NCBI GenBank assembly: GCA_963708295.1
Contig: CAVPSJ010000008.1
Location: 32,001 to 96,000, forward strand
Direction: 5' to 3'
Length of the DNA stretch: 64,000 nt
From: an uncultured delta proteobacterium
GTDB taxonomy: Bacteria; Desulfobacterota; BSN033; UBA1163
Numbering within the stretch: the stretch's first letter is position 1; every line of letters starts with the position of its first letter. The notes beneath the pieces are model-generated. The model did not search any database and was not told the origin of the DNA. It saw only the letters and a program-made list of their open reading frames with translations. This document shows positions 33,743 through 43,799 of the stretch, one piece after another. The position numbers and the translations under genes are program-made.

Positions 33743-34040
33743 CCTTTAGCGCTAATGGCCCTCTTCCGATTTAAGTTGTCATTGGTCTACGGCATTGGAC
33801 AATGACGAGACGTCTCTCATCTGTCCTGAAGGATACTTGACGTTGCAGGCGCTGCTTGAAATTACCCTTGGTTAACGTGTACACCTACAAGTTTAGAATG
33901 GCAAGTTGAGGTGGGAACTAACGATTTCGGAATGATCCATACATCCAATGTTGGACAAATTATTTTATCTCCATTCGCTTGGGAAAGAGGTAGAAGATAT
34001 CATCTCTGGGCTATAATGCTTTGGCTCCACACGACTGAAT

Positions 34041-34820
34041 TTAACGATACATCTCCTCGGCGGCCAAATTTTCAGGCCTGACCTCCCTTGTTGAAAGATC
34101 GACAGTCCATTTCCTGACAAAGGGAGGGGCGCTTCTCTCCTCCACATATTGGAGGACGCGAAATTTCTTCTCTCCAATCTCATTCGCTTCATATCTCCAT
34201 CTGGGATACGGAAAAGACTTTGTCTTTTCGTCCATCATCCTCTTTTCAACGGACCCACCCGGAGTGGGATGGTTCTTCACCAGCTCCACGGCGTGAGAAG
34301 AGAGTTCTTTAGACTGACTTAAACTTTTCTTCTTGATGCTCGTTCTTTTCGGAACGGAAATGAGACTTCCGTCCTTGATTTTTATTTCTAAATAGATCCC
34401 ATCGGCACTTAAATAGCCTACTTGACCCGTATCAAATTTTACCCGATAGAAATTCATCGTCCCCGAATGATTCTGAACCACTTCTGTGATCACAAAACCC
34501 TCTTTCTCTTGTTTGATTATCAATTTCTTTTCCGAATCATCAGGAGATTCATAAAACTCTGCCGGGTTGATCTTCTTGACAGTTAGATACCGCCTGCCGA
34601 TGTTCCCTTTCAATTTAGCGAGTTTCTCTCTCTCATATTTTTCGACCCCCGGAAGAGAACTTTCTTTCGAATCCTCAGCAGGAGAAGGTCCTTCCCCGTT
34701 CTTCGCCAAAAGAAAAGAAGAATCTCCATAAAAGCGCTGACCGGCACATGCATGCGTAGCGATGAAGGAGAAACAGGAGAAAACAATTATTCCAAGCAAA
34801 ATAGGCAGACGGGCATTCAT
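34041..34820 (-). CDS. Exported hypothetical protein
   Basis: Signal peptide, 259 aa open frame, SH3-like YRVKFDTGQVGYL segment. Confidence 0.7.
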   Translation of the reverse strand: MNARLPILLGIIVFSCFSFIATHACAGQRFYGDSSFLLAKNGEGPSPAEDSKESSLPGVEKYEREKLAKLKGNIGRRYLTVKKINPAEFYESPDDSEKKLIIKQEKEGFVITEVVQNHSGTMNFYRVKFDTGQVGYLSADGIYLEIKIKDGSLISVPKRTSIKKKSLSQSKELSSHAVELVKNHPTPGGSVEKRMMDEKTKSFPYPRWRYEANEIGEKKFRVLQYVEERSAPPFVRKWTVDLSTREVRPENLAAEEMYR

Positions 34821-34843
34821 AGGTCTATCCCGGTCAAAGGATA

Positions 34844-34860
34844 TGCAAATATGATGCCCT
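34844..34860 (-). promoter_or_regulatory. Putative sigma54 promoter
   Basis: AGGGCATCATATTTGCA (GG-N10-GC), 24 nt upstream of the ATG. Confidence 0.5.
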
Positions 34861-35224
34861 CTTCGAAAATCTCACAACTTCCTGAAATCCCTGCGATCGT
34901 AAAAGGATATCTCTGAGAAGACCGGTCAAAAAGATAACCCTTGTCCAATTCTGTCATAATCATAGTCAGTGGAAATGAAAAAAGGATTCACACGACTTGG
35001 ACACGACTTGGGGACGGGTCCCGTATTCAAGAGCAATAACTGATAGATACAGACTATTTTTTATCTGCTCCTCTTCGGTTTGCGGTTACCCAATCAGACA
35101 AATATTTTGTAATCACAAAATGAGCGTTCGACCAGGCCGCGGTATTGAATCTCCACATCTTTAGCGCAGGGTACTTAAGAAGTTAAGATTTGTCACGGCT
35201 TGTGATATCCTTTCCTACAGGGAG

Positions 35225-35689
35225 GTGATGTCGATGAAACTCTATCTCGTGCAGCACGGAGAGGCCAAGTCTGAGGCGGAGGATCCGGAACGCTCACTGA
35301 CCATTCGGGGAGAAGAGGAGACCAGGAAGATCTCCGACGCCGCAAAAAAGCTGGGTTTTCGTCCTTCAAGAATCTATCACAGCGGGAAGAAGAGGGCGGA
35401 GCAGACAGCCGGGATCATTGCGGAGGCCTTGAACCTGTCTGTTCAGGCGGGCCAGGGGCTCAATCCGAACGACGACATCCGTCCGTGGGCAGAGCGAATA
35501 AACAGAGAGGCGGAGGACCTTATGATTGTCGGCCACCTGCCGTTCCTGGAAAAGCTTGGTTCCTTTCTTGCTTGCGGCGACGAAGGTGCAAAGGCAGTGA
35601 TGTTTCGGTACAGCGCTATCGTATGCTTGGAAAGGAAAGAATCCGGAAGATGGTCAGCGGACCGGGTGATCAAACCGGAAATGGTCTGA
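35225..35689 (+). CDS. sixA: Phosphohistidine phosphatase SixA
   Basis: LYLVQHGEA, HSGKKRAEQTA, IVGHLP. Confidence 0.9.
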   Translation: MMSMKLYLVQHGEAKSEAEDPERSLTIRGEEETRKISDAAKKLGFRPSRIYHSGKKRAEQTAGIIAEALNLSVQAGQGLNPNDDIRPWAERINREAEDLMIVGHLPFLEKLGSFLACGDEGAKAVMFRYSAIVCLERKESGRWSADRVIKPEMV

Positions 35690-35713
35690 GGGACGGCTTC
35701 GATGCGGATTCTG

Positions 35714-35890
35714 TCAGGCGATCAAAGGGCTATCCAGCGTCCGGTACTGGATCGCTTCGGAGAGATGGACAGGCTGGATATTTTCCTGGCCATCGAGGTC
35801 GGCAATGGTCCGGGCGACCTCCAAGATTCTCGTATAGGCCCTTGCGCTTAAGCCAAACTTATCGATGGTCGACTCTAATAATCTCTGGCT
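35714..35890 (-). repeat. Displaced duplicate of the comM 3' end (direct repeat of 37095-37271)
   Basis: Colinear at offset 1381; 74 bp identical (35730-35803 vs 37111-37184); remainder has mostly synonymous differences. Confidence 0.92.
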
Positions 35891-35946
35891 AACATTTCAT
35901 ATTATTTCAATCACAGTCGACCAACACAAGGCGGTATAGCATGCGC

Positions 35947-37056
35947 TCATAAATTTATTACGCTTTCTGCAATCGTTTTGGCTGCATAAGGACGAGAAAT
36001 GGCTTTGGCTCTTTTGGACATATCTGCCAACTTTTCGGGATTTCTTATTAACAGACCAAGTTTATGAAGTAGGACCGGCAGATTGCGAGCCTTGACTCCT
36101 GCACCTTGCTCAATGAGGTAGTCCGCATTGGCTTCTTCTTGTCCCGGAATCGGCTCAATGAAAATCATTGGCACTCCCATAGCCATGCTCTCTGATACCG
36201 TAATTCCACCAGGCTTGGTTATCAATAGGTCGGATATTGCCATCAACTCATCCATAAAATCGACAAAGCCAAAGACTTTCTTGAGCCGAGGATCGGACTC
36301 TCGTTTTATCTCCAGGTCTTTTCTTAATTCGGCATTATTGCCACATACTACCATTATCTGAAATTCATCTTCGATACCCCCAAAATCCGCAATTATCTCT
36401 CCGAGGGGCGTGACACCGAAACTTCCGGCAGAAATCAAGATGACCGGCGAGTGGTTATTCAACCCATATTTGGCCAATAATTTTTTCCTGTCTTTTTCTT
36501 CTGAAAATTTTGGGTGAATCGGTATGCCGCTCGTAACAATTTTCTCCGAGGGTATACGATGAAACAATAGACTACTTTTAACCTCGTCAGTGGCGGTAAA
36601 ATACAAGTCGACATTGGAAACAAGCCAGACAGGATGAAATTCATAGTCCGTTAAGGTAACTGCAATCCTAAATTGTTTTTTCTTTTTCCTTCGGTAATTC
36701 TCCAAAACCGCCTCTGAAATAAAATGAGTTGCAACCACGACATCAGGGTTAAAATCCTCAACAATTCCGAAAAAATCGCTGAAATTGAATTTGTCTATCA
36801 AGAAACGGGGCTTAATAAACTTCTTTGAGGATTCATAGTGTTTGTAGCTATAAGCATAGAGTTCTGGAATGGCCTTTACTACGTCCAGATACATTTTCCC
36901 GTACAAATATTTGATGAAATCATTTGAATAATCCAAGAGGTCAACGTTTTTGACTTCTGCACTCGGCTGATATTTCGCAAATGCTGCCTGCACCGCTTCA
37001 GCAGCCTTTAAGTGCCCAGCACCCGCCTTTACTGAAACAATAAGAATTCTTGGCAT
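35947..37056 (-). CDS. UgtP/MGDG-synthase-like glycosyltransferase (GT28)
   Basis: GAGHLKAA, VVATHF, TDYEFHPVW, GIPI, ITKPGGITVSE, PIPGQEEAN; visibly more AT-rich than flanks. Confidence 0.9.
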   Translation of the reverse strand: MPRILIVSVKAGAGHLKAAEAVQAAFAKYQPSAEVKNVDLLDYSNDFIKYLYGKMYLDVVKAIPELYAYSYKHYESSKKFIKPRFLIDKFNFSDFFGIVEDFNPDVVVATHFISEAVLENYRRKKKKQFRIAVTLTDYEFHPVWLVSNVDLYFTATDEVKSSLLFHRIPSEKIVTSGIPIHPKFSEEKDRKKLLAKYGLNNHSPVILISAGSFGVTPLGEIIADFGGIEDEFQIMVVCGNNAELRKDLEIKRESDPRLKKVFGFVDFMDELMAISDLLITKPGGITVSESMAMGVPMIFIEPIPGQEEANADYLIEQGAGVKARNLPVLLHKLGLLIRNPEKLADMSKRAKAISRPYAAKTIAESVINL

Positions 37057-37094
37057 AGGTTGATGTGTCCTCCTTGCCTTCCTTTTTTCTATAA

Positions 37095-38627
37095 TCAGGC
37101 GATCAAATTCCTATCCAGCGTCCGGTACTGGATCGCTTCGGAGAGATGGACAGGCTGGATATTTTCCTGGCCATCGAGGTCGGCGATAGTTCGAGCGACC
37201 TTGAGGACCCTCGCATAGGCCCTGGCGCTCAGGCCGAATTTATCGATAGCCAATTCCAATAATCTCTGGCTTGCCTCGTCAATCTGACAGAACTTCTTGA
37301 TATGGCGGTTGGTCATCTGAGCATTGCTGTATATTTTCATCCCTTTGAAACGCTCGACCTGAATCCTTCGGGCCGAATCGATCCGTTGCTTAATCTCCCT
37401 GGAAGACTCCCCTGCCTCACGACTCGCCAGGTCCCGATACTTCACGGCAGGAACTTCAATATGGATATCGATTCGATCCATTAAAGGTCCGGAAATCTTT
37501 GACCTGTAACGCTGAATCTGAGGAATGGTGCAGGTGCATTCATGGCTGAGGTCACTGTAATACCCGCACGGGCAGGGATTCATCGCGGCGACCAGCATGA
37601 AGCGGGAAGGGTAAGTGAGGGAGGTGGCTGCCCGCGCGATCGTCACCCTTTCTTCCTCCAAAGGCTGCCGCAGGACTTCAAGAACATTCTTCTTGAATTC
37701 GGGCAATTCGTCCAGGAAAAGGACCCCGTTGTGGGAAAGGCTTACTTCTCCGGGTCTAGGGATCTGCCCTCCTCCAATCAGACCCGCGTCTGAGATCGTG
37801 TGATGAGGACTTCGAAACGGCCGGGTGACAATGAGGGCGCTATCGGGCGGGATCAACCCCATCACACTATGGATTTTTGTTGTTTCAAGACTCTCCTCAA
37901 AATTCATATCCGGCAGGATGGTGGGAATACGTTTGGCCAGCATGGTTTTCCCGGAGCCGGGGGGGCCGATCATAATCACGTTGTGACCGCCTGCCGCGGC
38001 AACCTCCAGACATCGCTTCACATGCTCCTGGCCCTTCACGTCGTTGAAATCGACCGGATAATTCATTTCCGTTTTGAAAATCTCATTAAGATCCACATCA
38101 ACCGGATCAATATGGAGGCCTTCATTCAGAAATTGAACGCAGTCTGAGAGGGTATCGAGAGGGAGGATCTCAATTCCTTTTACCACGGCTGCTTCTTTTG
38201 AATTATCCCTGGGGAGCAAGAGACCCCGGTATCCTGCGTCTCTTGCTGCCACGGCAATCGGGAGCGTGCCTCTGATCGGTTTGACCTGGCCATCCAGGGA
38301 GAGCTCGCCTAAAACAAAATAATGGGCTAATTTGCTCTTTTGGACGACCTCGGTCGCTGCGAGGATGCCGATGGCCATGGGGAGATCGAAGGCCGTTCCT
38401 TCCTTCTTGATGTCCGCTGGAGCAAGATTGACGGTGATCCGGCGAGCAGGAAAGTCGTAGCCGCAGTTTTTGACAGCTGCCTTGACCCTGTCCTTGGATT
38501 CTTTGACCGCGCCCTCGGGAAGCCCCACGGTGGCAAAGGCAGGGAGACCCTGAGCGATGTCCACCTCCACCTCGACCACATAGGCATCAATTCCAAAGAC
38601 CGCGCTGCTCAAGACCTTCGATAGCAT
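37095..38627 (-). CDS. comM: ComM/YifB Mg-chelatase-like AAA+ helicase
   Basis: [46 protein letters not shown]. Confidence 0.93.
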   Translation of the reverse strand: MLSKVLSSAVFGIDAYVVEVEVDIAQGLPAFATVGLPEGAVKESKDRVKAAVKNCGYDFPARRITVNLAPADIKKEGTAFDLPMAIGILAATEVVQKSKLAHYFVLGELSLDGQVKPIRGTLPIAVAARDAGYRGLLLPRDNSKEAAVVKGIEILPLDTLSDCVQFLNEGLHIDPVDVDLNEIFKTEMNYPVDFNDVKGQEHVKRCLEVAAAGGHNVIMIGPPGSGKTMLAKRIPTILPDMNFEESLETTKIHSVMGLIPPDSALIVTRPFRSPHHTISDAGLIGGGQIPRPGEVSLSHNGVLFLDELPEFKKNVLEVLRQPLEEERVTIARAATSLTYPSRFMLVAAMNPCPCGYYSDLSHECTCTIPQIQRYRSKISGPLMDRIDIHIEVPAVKYRDLASREAGESSREIKQRIDSARRIQVERFKGMKIYSNAQMTNRHIKKFCQIDEASQRLLELAIDKFGLSARAYARVLKVARTIADLDGQENIQPVHLSEAIQYRTLDRNLIA

Positions 38628-38694
38628 AACGTTTTCACATATATCAGAAATACAACAGGCAGACAAGGGAAAAATTCGACTGCCTTATGGCTGC

Positions 38695-38723
38695 TTGACA
38701 AAAAACGATTTCACGTTCATACT
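38695..38723 (+). promoter_or_regulatory. Sigma70 promoter divergent from comM
   Basis: TTGACA-17-CATACT. Confidence 0.55.
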
Positions 38724-38846
38724 GGCAATCGAAAGGAAGGCAGAAGGCCGTCGGAAGTGGGCAGGATAAATAGAGCAACAAATCAGGAGCAATTTCCCAA
38801 GACGGCTGCGGCACCCTTAAACCATGAAAATCGATTCCTACCTATA

Positions 38847-38941
38847 CCCTCCCCGTTCAAGAGGGGAAGGCGAGGGTGGGGGTGGATGTTCAAATCATGT
38901 CCCCCCTCACCTCAATCCTCTCCCTCCGAGGGGAGAGGAAG
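38847..38941. repeat. REP-like palindromic pair (CCCCCTCACC...CTCTCCC...GGGGAGAGG type)
   Basis: CCCTCCCC..GGGGAAGG.GAGGGTGGGGG and inverted CCCCCTCACCTCAATCCTCTCCC..GGGGAGAGG; partial copy at 8319-8340. Confidence 0.6.
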
Positions 38942-39009
38942 CACTGGGCGGAGTTATTTTCTAGGTAATGGACAATAGGCAATGGTCAATTGACGAAAGG
39001 AGGGGAAAA

Positions 39010-39126
39010 ATGGATGTTCTGTGGATCGTCAACACAAATACTTTCCTTCTGGTGTTTCTCGTCATCATGGTCTCTTATCTCACAGTTCAGGTGAACATGG
39101 TGATTCGATGGCTAAAGAGGGAATAA
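39010..39126 (+). CDS. 38 aa single-pass membrane peptide
   Basis: AAGGAGGGG RBS; MDVLWIVNTNTFLLVFLVIMVSYLTVQVNMVIRWLKRE*. Confidence 0.55.
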   Translation: MDVLWIVNTNTFLLVFLVIMVSYLTVQVNMVIRWLKRE

Positions 39127-39243
39127 TACTTCCATTTCGGATTTCGGAACGCGGAATGGAGAATTAGAAATTTTGTGTCAAATCTTCCTTCCCCCGGTTT
39201 TGAGATTTTGTTTGCAGTGGAATGCAGCGAGTCATACAATAGG

Positions 39244-40716
39244 TCACTTGATTTTCCAGGCAGTGCCGGAGGGGGTGTCCTCTAAGACAATTCCTTTTGA
39301 AAGGAGATCGTTTCGAATTTCGTCTGCTCTTTTCCAGTTCTTTTCTTTTCTGGCCAGATTCCTGTCTCCGATGGATCGAAGAATTTCTTCCTCTGTCAGC
39401 TTCAATCTTTGTAACCCCTCTTTTCTCCGCCGAGCCAGATACTGTTCAGGGTCCTCTCTGAATAAACCGAAAACCCATCCTGTTTCCAGGAAATAGTCGA
39501 GGCCCTGGTTCAGCAGATGGACGATCTCTTCTGTCGGTTGGCCCTTCGAAAGAGTCAGGAGGCTATTGAAATGGGTTTGAAGATCATAGAAATATCCTAA
39601 AGCCTGAGCCGTATTGAAATCGTCATCCATGGCCTCTTCGAACTGGGCTCGGAATGACTCAACGGCTTCGCGGCAATGGACGATGATAGAGGGTTCCGTT
39701 TTCTTTTGTCCCTGAAGGGGTTTCTTGAGCTCCTCCTGAATGGAGCTCAGGGTAGTGTAAAATTTGTCGAGTCCGATTTTTGCATCGTTGAAGCTATCCT
39801 CCGAATAATCCACAGGGCTTCGATAGTGGTGTGAGAGAAAGAAGAGGCGAAGAACCTCCGGGTGCCAGTCCTTAAGGATTTCTTTGATGGTCAGGATGTT
39901 CCCGAGGGATTTAGACATCTTTTCCCTATTGATGTTGACGAATCCGTTGTGAATCCAGTACCGGACGAAGGGTTTTCCGGTTGCCGCTTCGGACTGAGCG
40001 ATCTCATTTTCATGGTGGGGGAAGGTCAGATCTCTTCCCCCCCCGTGGATATCGAACGTTTCTCCCAGGTATTTCTGGCTCATGACAGAGCATTCGATAT
40101 GCCATCCCGGCCTTCCTTTGCCCCAGGGGCTTTCCCAAAAAGGTTCCCCGGGTTTGCTGCCTTTCCAGAGGGCAAAGTCAAGGGGGTTTTCCTTTTTTTC
40201 ATCGATATCCACCCGGGCCCCCGCCTGCATATCCTCCAGGTTTCTCTTGGAAAGTTTCCCATAATCTCCAAATTTCTCCACCGAGAAGAAGACATCCCCT
40301 CCTCCCTGGTAGGCAACCCCTTTTTCAACGAGGGTTGAGATGAGCCGGATCATTTCCGGGATATGCTCTGTGGCCCTGGGTTCAACTGAAGGTTTTTCCA
40401 AACCCAGCCTTCCCATGTCCGTATGGAACTCGCCGATATACTTCTCTGCGATCGCTTTCCAGTCCACCCCCTCCTCATTCGCCTTCTTGATGATCTTATC
40501 GTCAATATCGGTAAAGTTTCGAACGAAGGTCACATCATATCCGCGATATCGAAAATAGCGATAGATCGTATCAAAGACGATCGCTGAGCGGGCATGGCCG
40601 ATGTGACAGAGGTCATAGACCGTTACCCCGCAGACATACATCCCCACCCTTTTTTCATGGAAAGGAACAAATTCTTCTTTTTTCCCGGTCAGAGTATTAT
40701 GGATGCGGATTCCCAT
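39244..40716 (-). CDS. cysS: Cysteine--tRNA ligase
   Basis: YVCGVTVY, HIGH, GRPGWHIECS, KMSKS. Confidence 0.98.
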   Translation of the reverse strand: MGIRIHNTLTGKKEEFVPFHEKRVGMYVCGVTVYDLCHIGHARSAIVFDTIYRYFRYRGYDVTFVRNFTDIDDKIIKKANEEGVDWKAIAEKYIGEFHTDMGRLGLEKPSVEPRATEHIPEMIRLISTLVEKGVAYQGGGDVFFSVEKFGDYGKLSKRNLEDMQAGARVDIDEKKENPLDFALWKGSKPGEPFWESPWGKGRPGWHIECSVMSQKYLGETFDIHGGGRDLTFPHHENEIAQSEAATGKPFVRYWIHNGFVNINREKMSKSLGNILTIKEILKDWHPEVLRLFFLSHHYRSPVDYSEDSFNDAKIGLDKFYTTLSSIQEELKKPLQGQKKTEPSIIVHCREAVESFRAQFEEAMDDDFNTAQALGYFYDLQTHFNSLLTLSKGQPTEEIVHLLNQGLDYFLETGWVFGLFREDPEQYLARRRKEGLQRLKLTEEEILRSIGDRNLARKEKNWKRADEIRNDLLSKGIVLEDTPSGTAWKIK

Positions 40717-40727
40717 AAACTTCTCCA

Positions 40728-40843
40728 AAATGTCAAATTTCAAAATCCAAATGTCAAATGAATGTCAAATGCCTAAGTGTGTTAGCGGGTTTAACATTTG
40801 AAGTTTGGGATTTGAGCTTGATTTGAACTTTGACATTTGAAAT
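40728..40843. repeat. Degenerate 7-mer-repeat inverted element
   Basis: AAATGTC/AAATTTC/AAAATCC units followed by complementary TTTGRNA units. Confidence 0.7.
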
Positions 40844-42289
40844 CTAAGTTACTTCCAAAGCCATTTTTAGGCGTTGAATAATCCTTTCTTTTCCGAGGAG
40901 AGGAAGGGCCTTGGCCAACTCAGGCCCTCTTGTTTTTCCGGTGATGGCTGCCCGAAGGGGGGCATAGAGATCTTTCCCTTTTCGCCCTGTCTTTTTTTCC
41001 AATTGAGGCAGCAGGGGGGCCTGATCATCCGATCGGAGGTCTGAGAAGTCTTCAAAAAAGCGGAGCACGGAACCCAGGGTCTCCCGATTTCTGGGGTCTC
41101 GGACGATGGCTTTGGCTCCATCCTCGAAGAAGAATTTTTCATCGAAAAAGATGCCCAGATACTGCTCCACCTGTGAGAGGACGATGAGGTTCTCCTTTAA
41201 GAGATCTGAAATTTGGCTCAGCCATTGAGGACTGATTCCATCGATTTGGATCCCAGCCTTCTGGAGATAGGGAGCCAGAAGGCTGAAAAGCTGTCCTTTC
41301 TCCTTTGCCCGGATGTAGTAACTGTTCAGCCACTCCAATTTTTTCCGGTTGTAAACAGGGGCACTTTTCGAAACATCCTGGAAGGAGAATTCCTCTATCA
41401 TTCTTTCCAGAGAAAGAGTTTCTTGGCCGGAGGGGGGCGTCCAGCCCAGAAGGACAAGATAGTTCTCAAGGGCTTCTGGCAAAAAGCCTTCTTCCCGGTA
41501 TTGGGAAACCGCTGTTGCGCCATGGCGTTTACTCAAGGGAGAGCGGTCCGGTCCAAGGATCAAAGGGTGGTGAGCAAAGAGAGGAGGTTGCCAGCCCAGT
41601 GCCTGATAAAGGAGGATCTGCCGGGGCGTATTGGAGAGATGGTCTTCCCCCCGGATGACATGCGTGATGTCCATCAAATGGTCATCCATGACACAGGCAA
41701 AATTGTAAGCGGCCATCCCATCCGACCGGACGATGATAAAATCCCCGATTCCCGCGGAATCAAAATTCATCTTTCCATGGATGAGATCATCGAAAAGAAT
41801 CGACCCTCTCCCCACATGAAACCGGATGACGGACCGGAGCCCGGAAGATTCCATCCCGGCGATCTCGGCTGCGGAGAGGGAACGGCACCGCCCGTCATAG
41901 CGGGGCATCTTTCCCGCGGAGAGTTGTTCCTTCCTGAGTTTTTCGAGTCTCTCTTCGGAGCAAAAACACTTATAGCTCTTCCCTTCCTGGGAGAGCTTAT
42001 CGGCGAATTCACGGTAGATGGATATTCGCTGGGATTGACGATAAGGTCCCCAAGGTCCCCCCTGGTCAGGGCCTTCTTCCCAGGAGATTCCTAACCACTG
42101 GAGATCTTCTACGATCCGATTTGCGGAAGTATCGGTCGATCGTTCGATATCCGTATCTTCAATGCGGAGAACAAATGTTCCTTGATGCCGTCTTGAGAAG
42201 AGAAAATTGAAGAGGGCCGTTCTGGCGTTTCCGATATGGAGAAGTCCAGTCGGAGCAGGGGCAAAACGGACCCGAACTTTAGAATTCAT
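40844..42289 (-). CDS. gltX: Glutamate--tRNA ligase
   Basis: RVRFAPAPTG..HIGN, LRIEDTD, IRGEDH, LSKR. Confidence 0.96.
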   Translation of the reverse strand: MNSKVRVRFAPAPTGLLHIGNARTALFNFLFSRRHQGTFVLRIEDTDIERSTDTSANRIVEDLQWLGISWEEGPDQGGPWGPYRQSQRISIYREFADKLSQEGKSYKCFCSEERLEKLRKEQLSAGKMPRYDGRCRSLSAAEIAGMESSGLRSVIRFHVGRGSILFDDLIHGKMNFDSAGIGDFIIVRSDGMAAYNFACVMDDHLMDITHVIRGEDHLSNTPRQILLYQALGWQPPLFAHHPLILGPDRSPLSKRHGATAVSQYREEGFLPEALENYLVLLGWTPPSGQETLSLERMIEEFSFQDVSKSAPVYNRKKLEWLNSYYIRAKEKGQLFSLLAPYLQKAGIQIDGISPQWLSQISDLLKENLIVLSQVEQYLGIFFDEKFFFEDGAKAIVRDPRNRETLGSVLRFFEDFSDLRSDDQAPLLPQLEKKTGRKGKDLYAPLRAAITGKTRGPELAKALPLLGKERIIQRLKMALEVT

Positions 42290-42312
42290 TTGAAATCCTC
42301 ATCAAGTGTTAC

Positions 42313-42471
42313 AAAATCCGAAATCCGAATATCGGGCGAAGCGTCCGCCTCGGACCAATCCGGAACAAACTCTAAAATCAAATTTCAAAATCCTAAACCG
42401 TTCCTGTCTCGGTCATTTAGATTTTGGTCATTCGTATTTGTTTCGCAATTCGAATTTCGTGCTTCGAATTT
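42313..42471. repeat. Degenerate 7-mer-repeat inverted element
   Basis: AAATCCG AAATCCG AATATCG ... TTCGAATTTCGTGCTTCGAATTT. Confidence 0.7.
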
Positions 42472-42500
42472 ATTCTCAGGATGGAGTTGAAACCGCTCGA

Positions 42501-42974
42501 TTAATCTTCTTCGACCAGGGCTACGGCATAGGCGGCGATTCCCTCTTCTCTCCCGGTGAATCCCAACCCCTCGGTGGTGGTGGCTTTTACATTGACTCTT
42601 CCCGCCTCGATTTCGAGAACATTGGCAATCTCTTTGACCATTCTGGGAATGATCTCCGAGAGTTTTGGCTTCTGGGCGATAATCGTGGTATCCACATTGA
42701 GAAGATGAAATCCCTTTTCTCTTACCTTGTCGATCACCCTCTTCAAGAGAATCGTGCTCCTGATGTCTCTGTACCGAGGGTCGGTGTCCGGAAAATGCCT
42801 TCCGATGTCTCCGTCCGCAATCGCCCCCAGCAGGGCGTCACAGATCGCATGGACGAGGACATCCGCATCCGAATGCCCTTTCAACCCAAAAAGGTAAGGG
42901 ATCGTTATCCCTCCCAGGACCAACGGTCGGTCTGCAGCGAAGGGATGAACATCATATCCAAAACCTACTCTCAT
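42501..42974 (-). CDS. ispF: 2-C-methyl-D-erythritol 2,4-cyclodiphosphate synthase
   Basis: [35 protein letters not shown]. Confidence 0.97.
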   Translation of the reverse strand: MRVGFGYDVHPFAADRPLVLGGITIPYLFGLKGHSDADVLVHAICDALLGAIADGDIGRHFPDTDPRYRDIRSTILLKRVIDKVREKGFHLLNVDTTIIAQKPKLSEIIPRMVKEIANVLEIEAGRVNVKATTTEGLGFTGREEGIAAYAVALVEED

Positions 42975-43720
42975 CTGGCTTTCTCCCCCCCTCGCGCCCC
43001 TTTCTTCGAAGAAACATTCATCTCCAAAAAAAGATTGGCGAGAACAAGATCTTCAGGGGTAGTGATTTTGATGTTCGCATAAGACCCTGTAAGGATATGG
43101 ACCTTTCCTCCCAGCCGTTCGACCAGAGAGGCGTCATCCGTCCCAACAAACCCGTCCTCTATGGCCCGAGCGTGAGCCTCCCTGATCACATTGACGTGAA
43201 AGGTTTGGGGGGTCTGAATCTGCCATAGGGATTCCCGATCCAGTGTTTTCAGGACTGTTCCGTCCGGGTTGGACATCTTGATGGTTTCTTTCACCGGCAT
43301 GGCGAAGACCACTGCTCCGTATCGGACAGCGGAGTGAATCGAATCCTCGATCATGGTCTGGGTGACGAGGGGGCGGACACCGTCGTGAATCGCCACAATA
43401 TCCCCGTCTTTGGGAAGAGCATCGATTCCATTTTTTACAGACTCCTGCCTCCGCTTTCCACCCGGAACAATCTGAGACACCTTTTGGAATCCATATTTTT
43501 CAACGATTTCCTTCAAGCAGTAGTCCATGTCTTCTTCACCAACCACCAGGCGAACGGAACGGATCAAAGAGCAGGCTTCGAATTTAGCCAGGGTATGGGC
43601 AAGAATAGGCTTTCCTCCCAGGAAGGTGAATTGTTTCTTCCCCTGGTTGGGTTTGGTCGACTTCCCTTCCATGAAACGAAGCCCCTTCCCTGCGGAGACA
43701 ATCACTGCGTCAGCCTTCAT
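42971..43720 (-). CDS. ispD: 2-C-methyl-D-erythritol 4-phosphate cytidylyltransferase
   Basis: [37 protein letters not shown]. Confidence 0.96.
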   Translation of the reverse strand: MKADAVIVSAGKGLRFMEGKSTKPNQGKKQFTFLGGKPILAHTLAKFEACSLIRSVRLVVGEEDMDYCLKEIVEKYGFQKVSQIVPGGKRRQESVKNGIDALPKDGDIVAIHDGVRPLVTQTMIEDSIHSAVRYGAVVFAMPVKETIKMSNPDGTVLKTLDRESLWQIQTPQTFHVNVIREAHARAIEDGFVGTDDASLVERLGGKVHILTGSYANIKITTPEDLVLANLFLEMNVSSKKGARGGEKAR

Positions 43721-43799
43721 CGTTCAGCCATAAGATAAAGAATAATGGAAGAGTGGGAAGAGTGGGTTCAAAACCTTCCCACTCTTCCACCTGAAAGAC

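Noticed and set aside
34990-35030. CACGACTTGG tandem and GGGACGGGTCCC hairpin as a transposon end
   Set aside because: No transposase or partner end identifiable
38724-38770. c-di-GMP-I riboswitch-like GGCAA..GAAA..GCA motif
   Set aside because: P2 stem pairing and downstream conserved motifs could not be formed convincingly
41213-42094. Long antisense ORFs (e.g. 41213-42094, 42306-43082, 50204-51061, 25356-25976)
   Set aside because: Shadow frames of well-supported genes on the opposite strand, with no recognisable motifs
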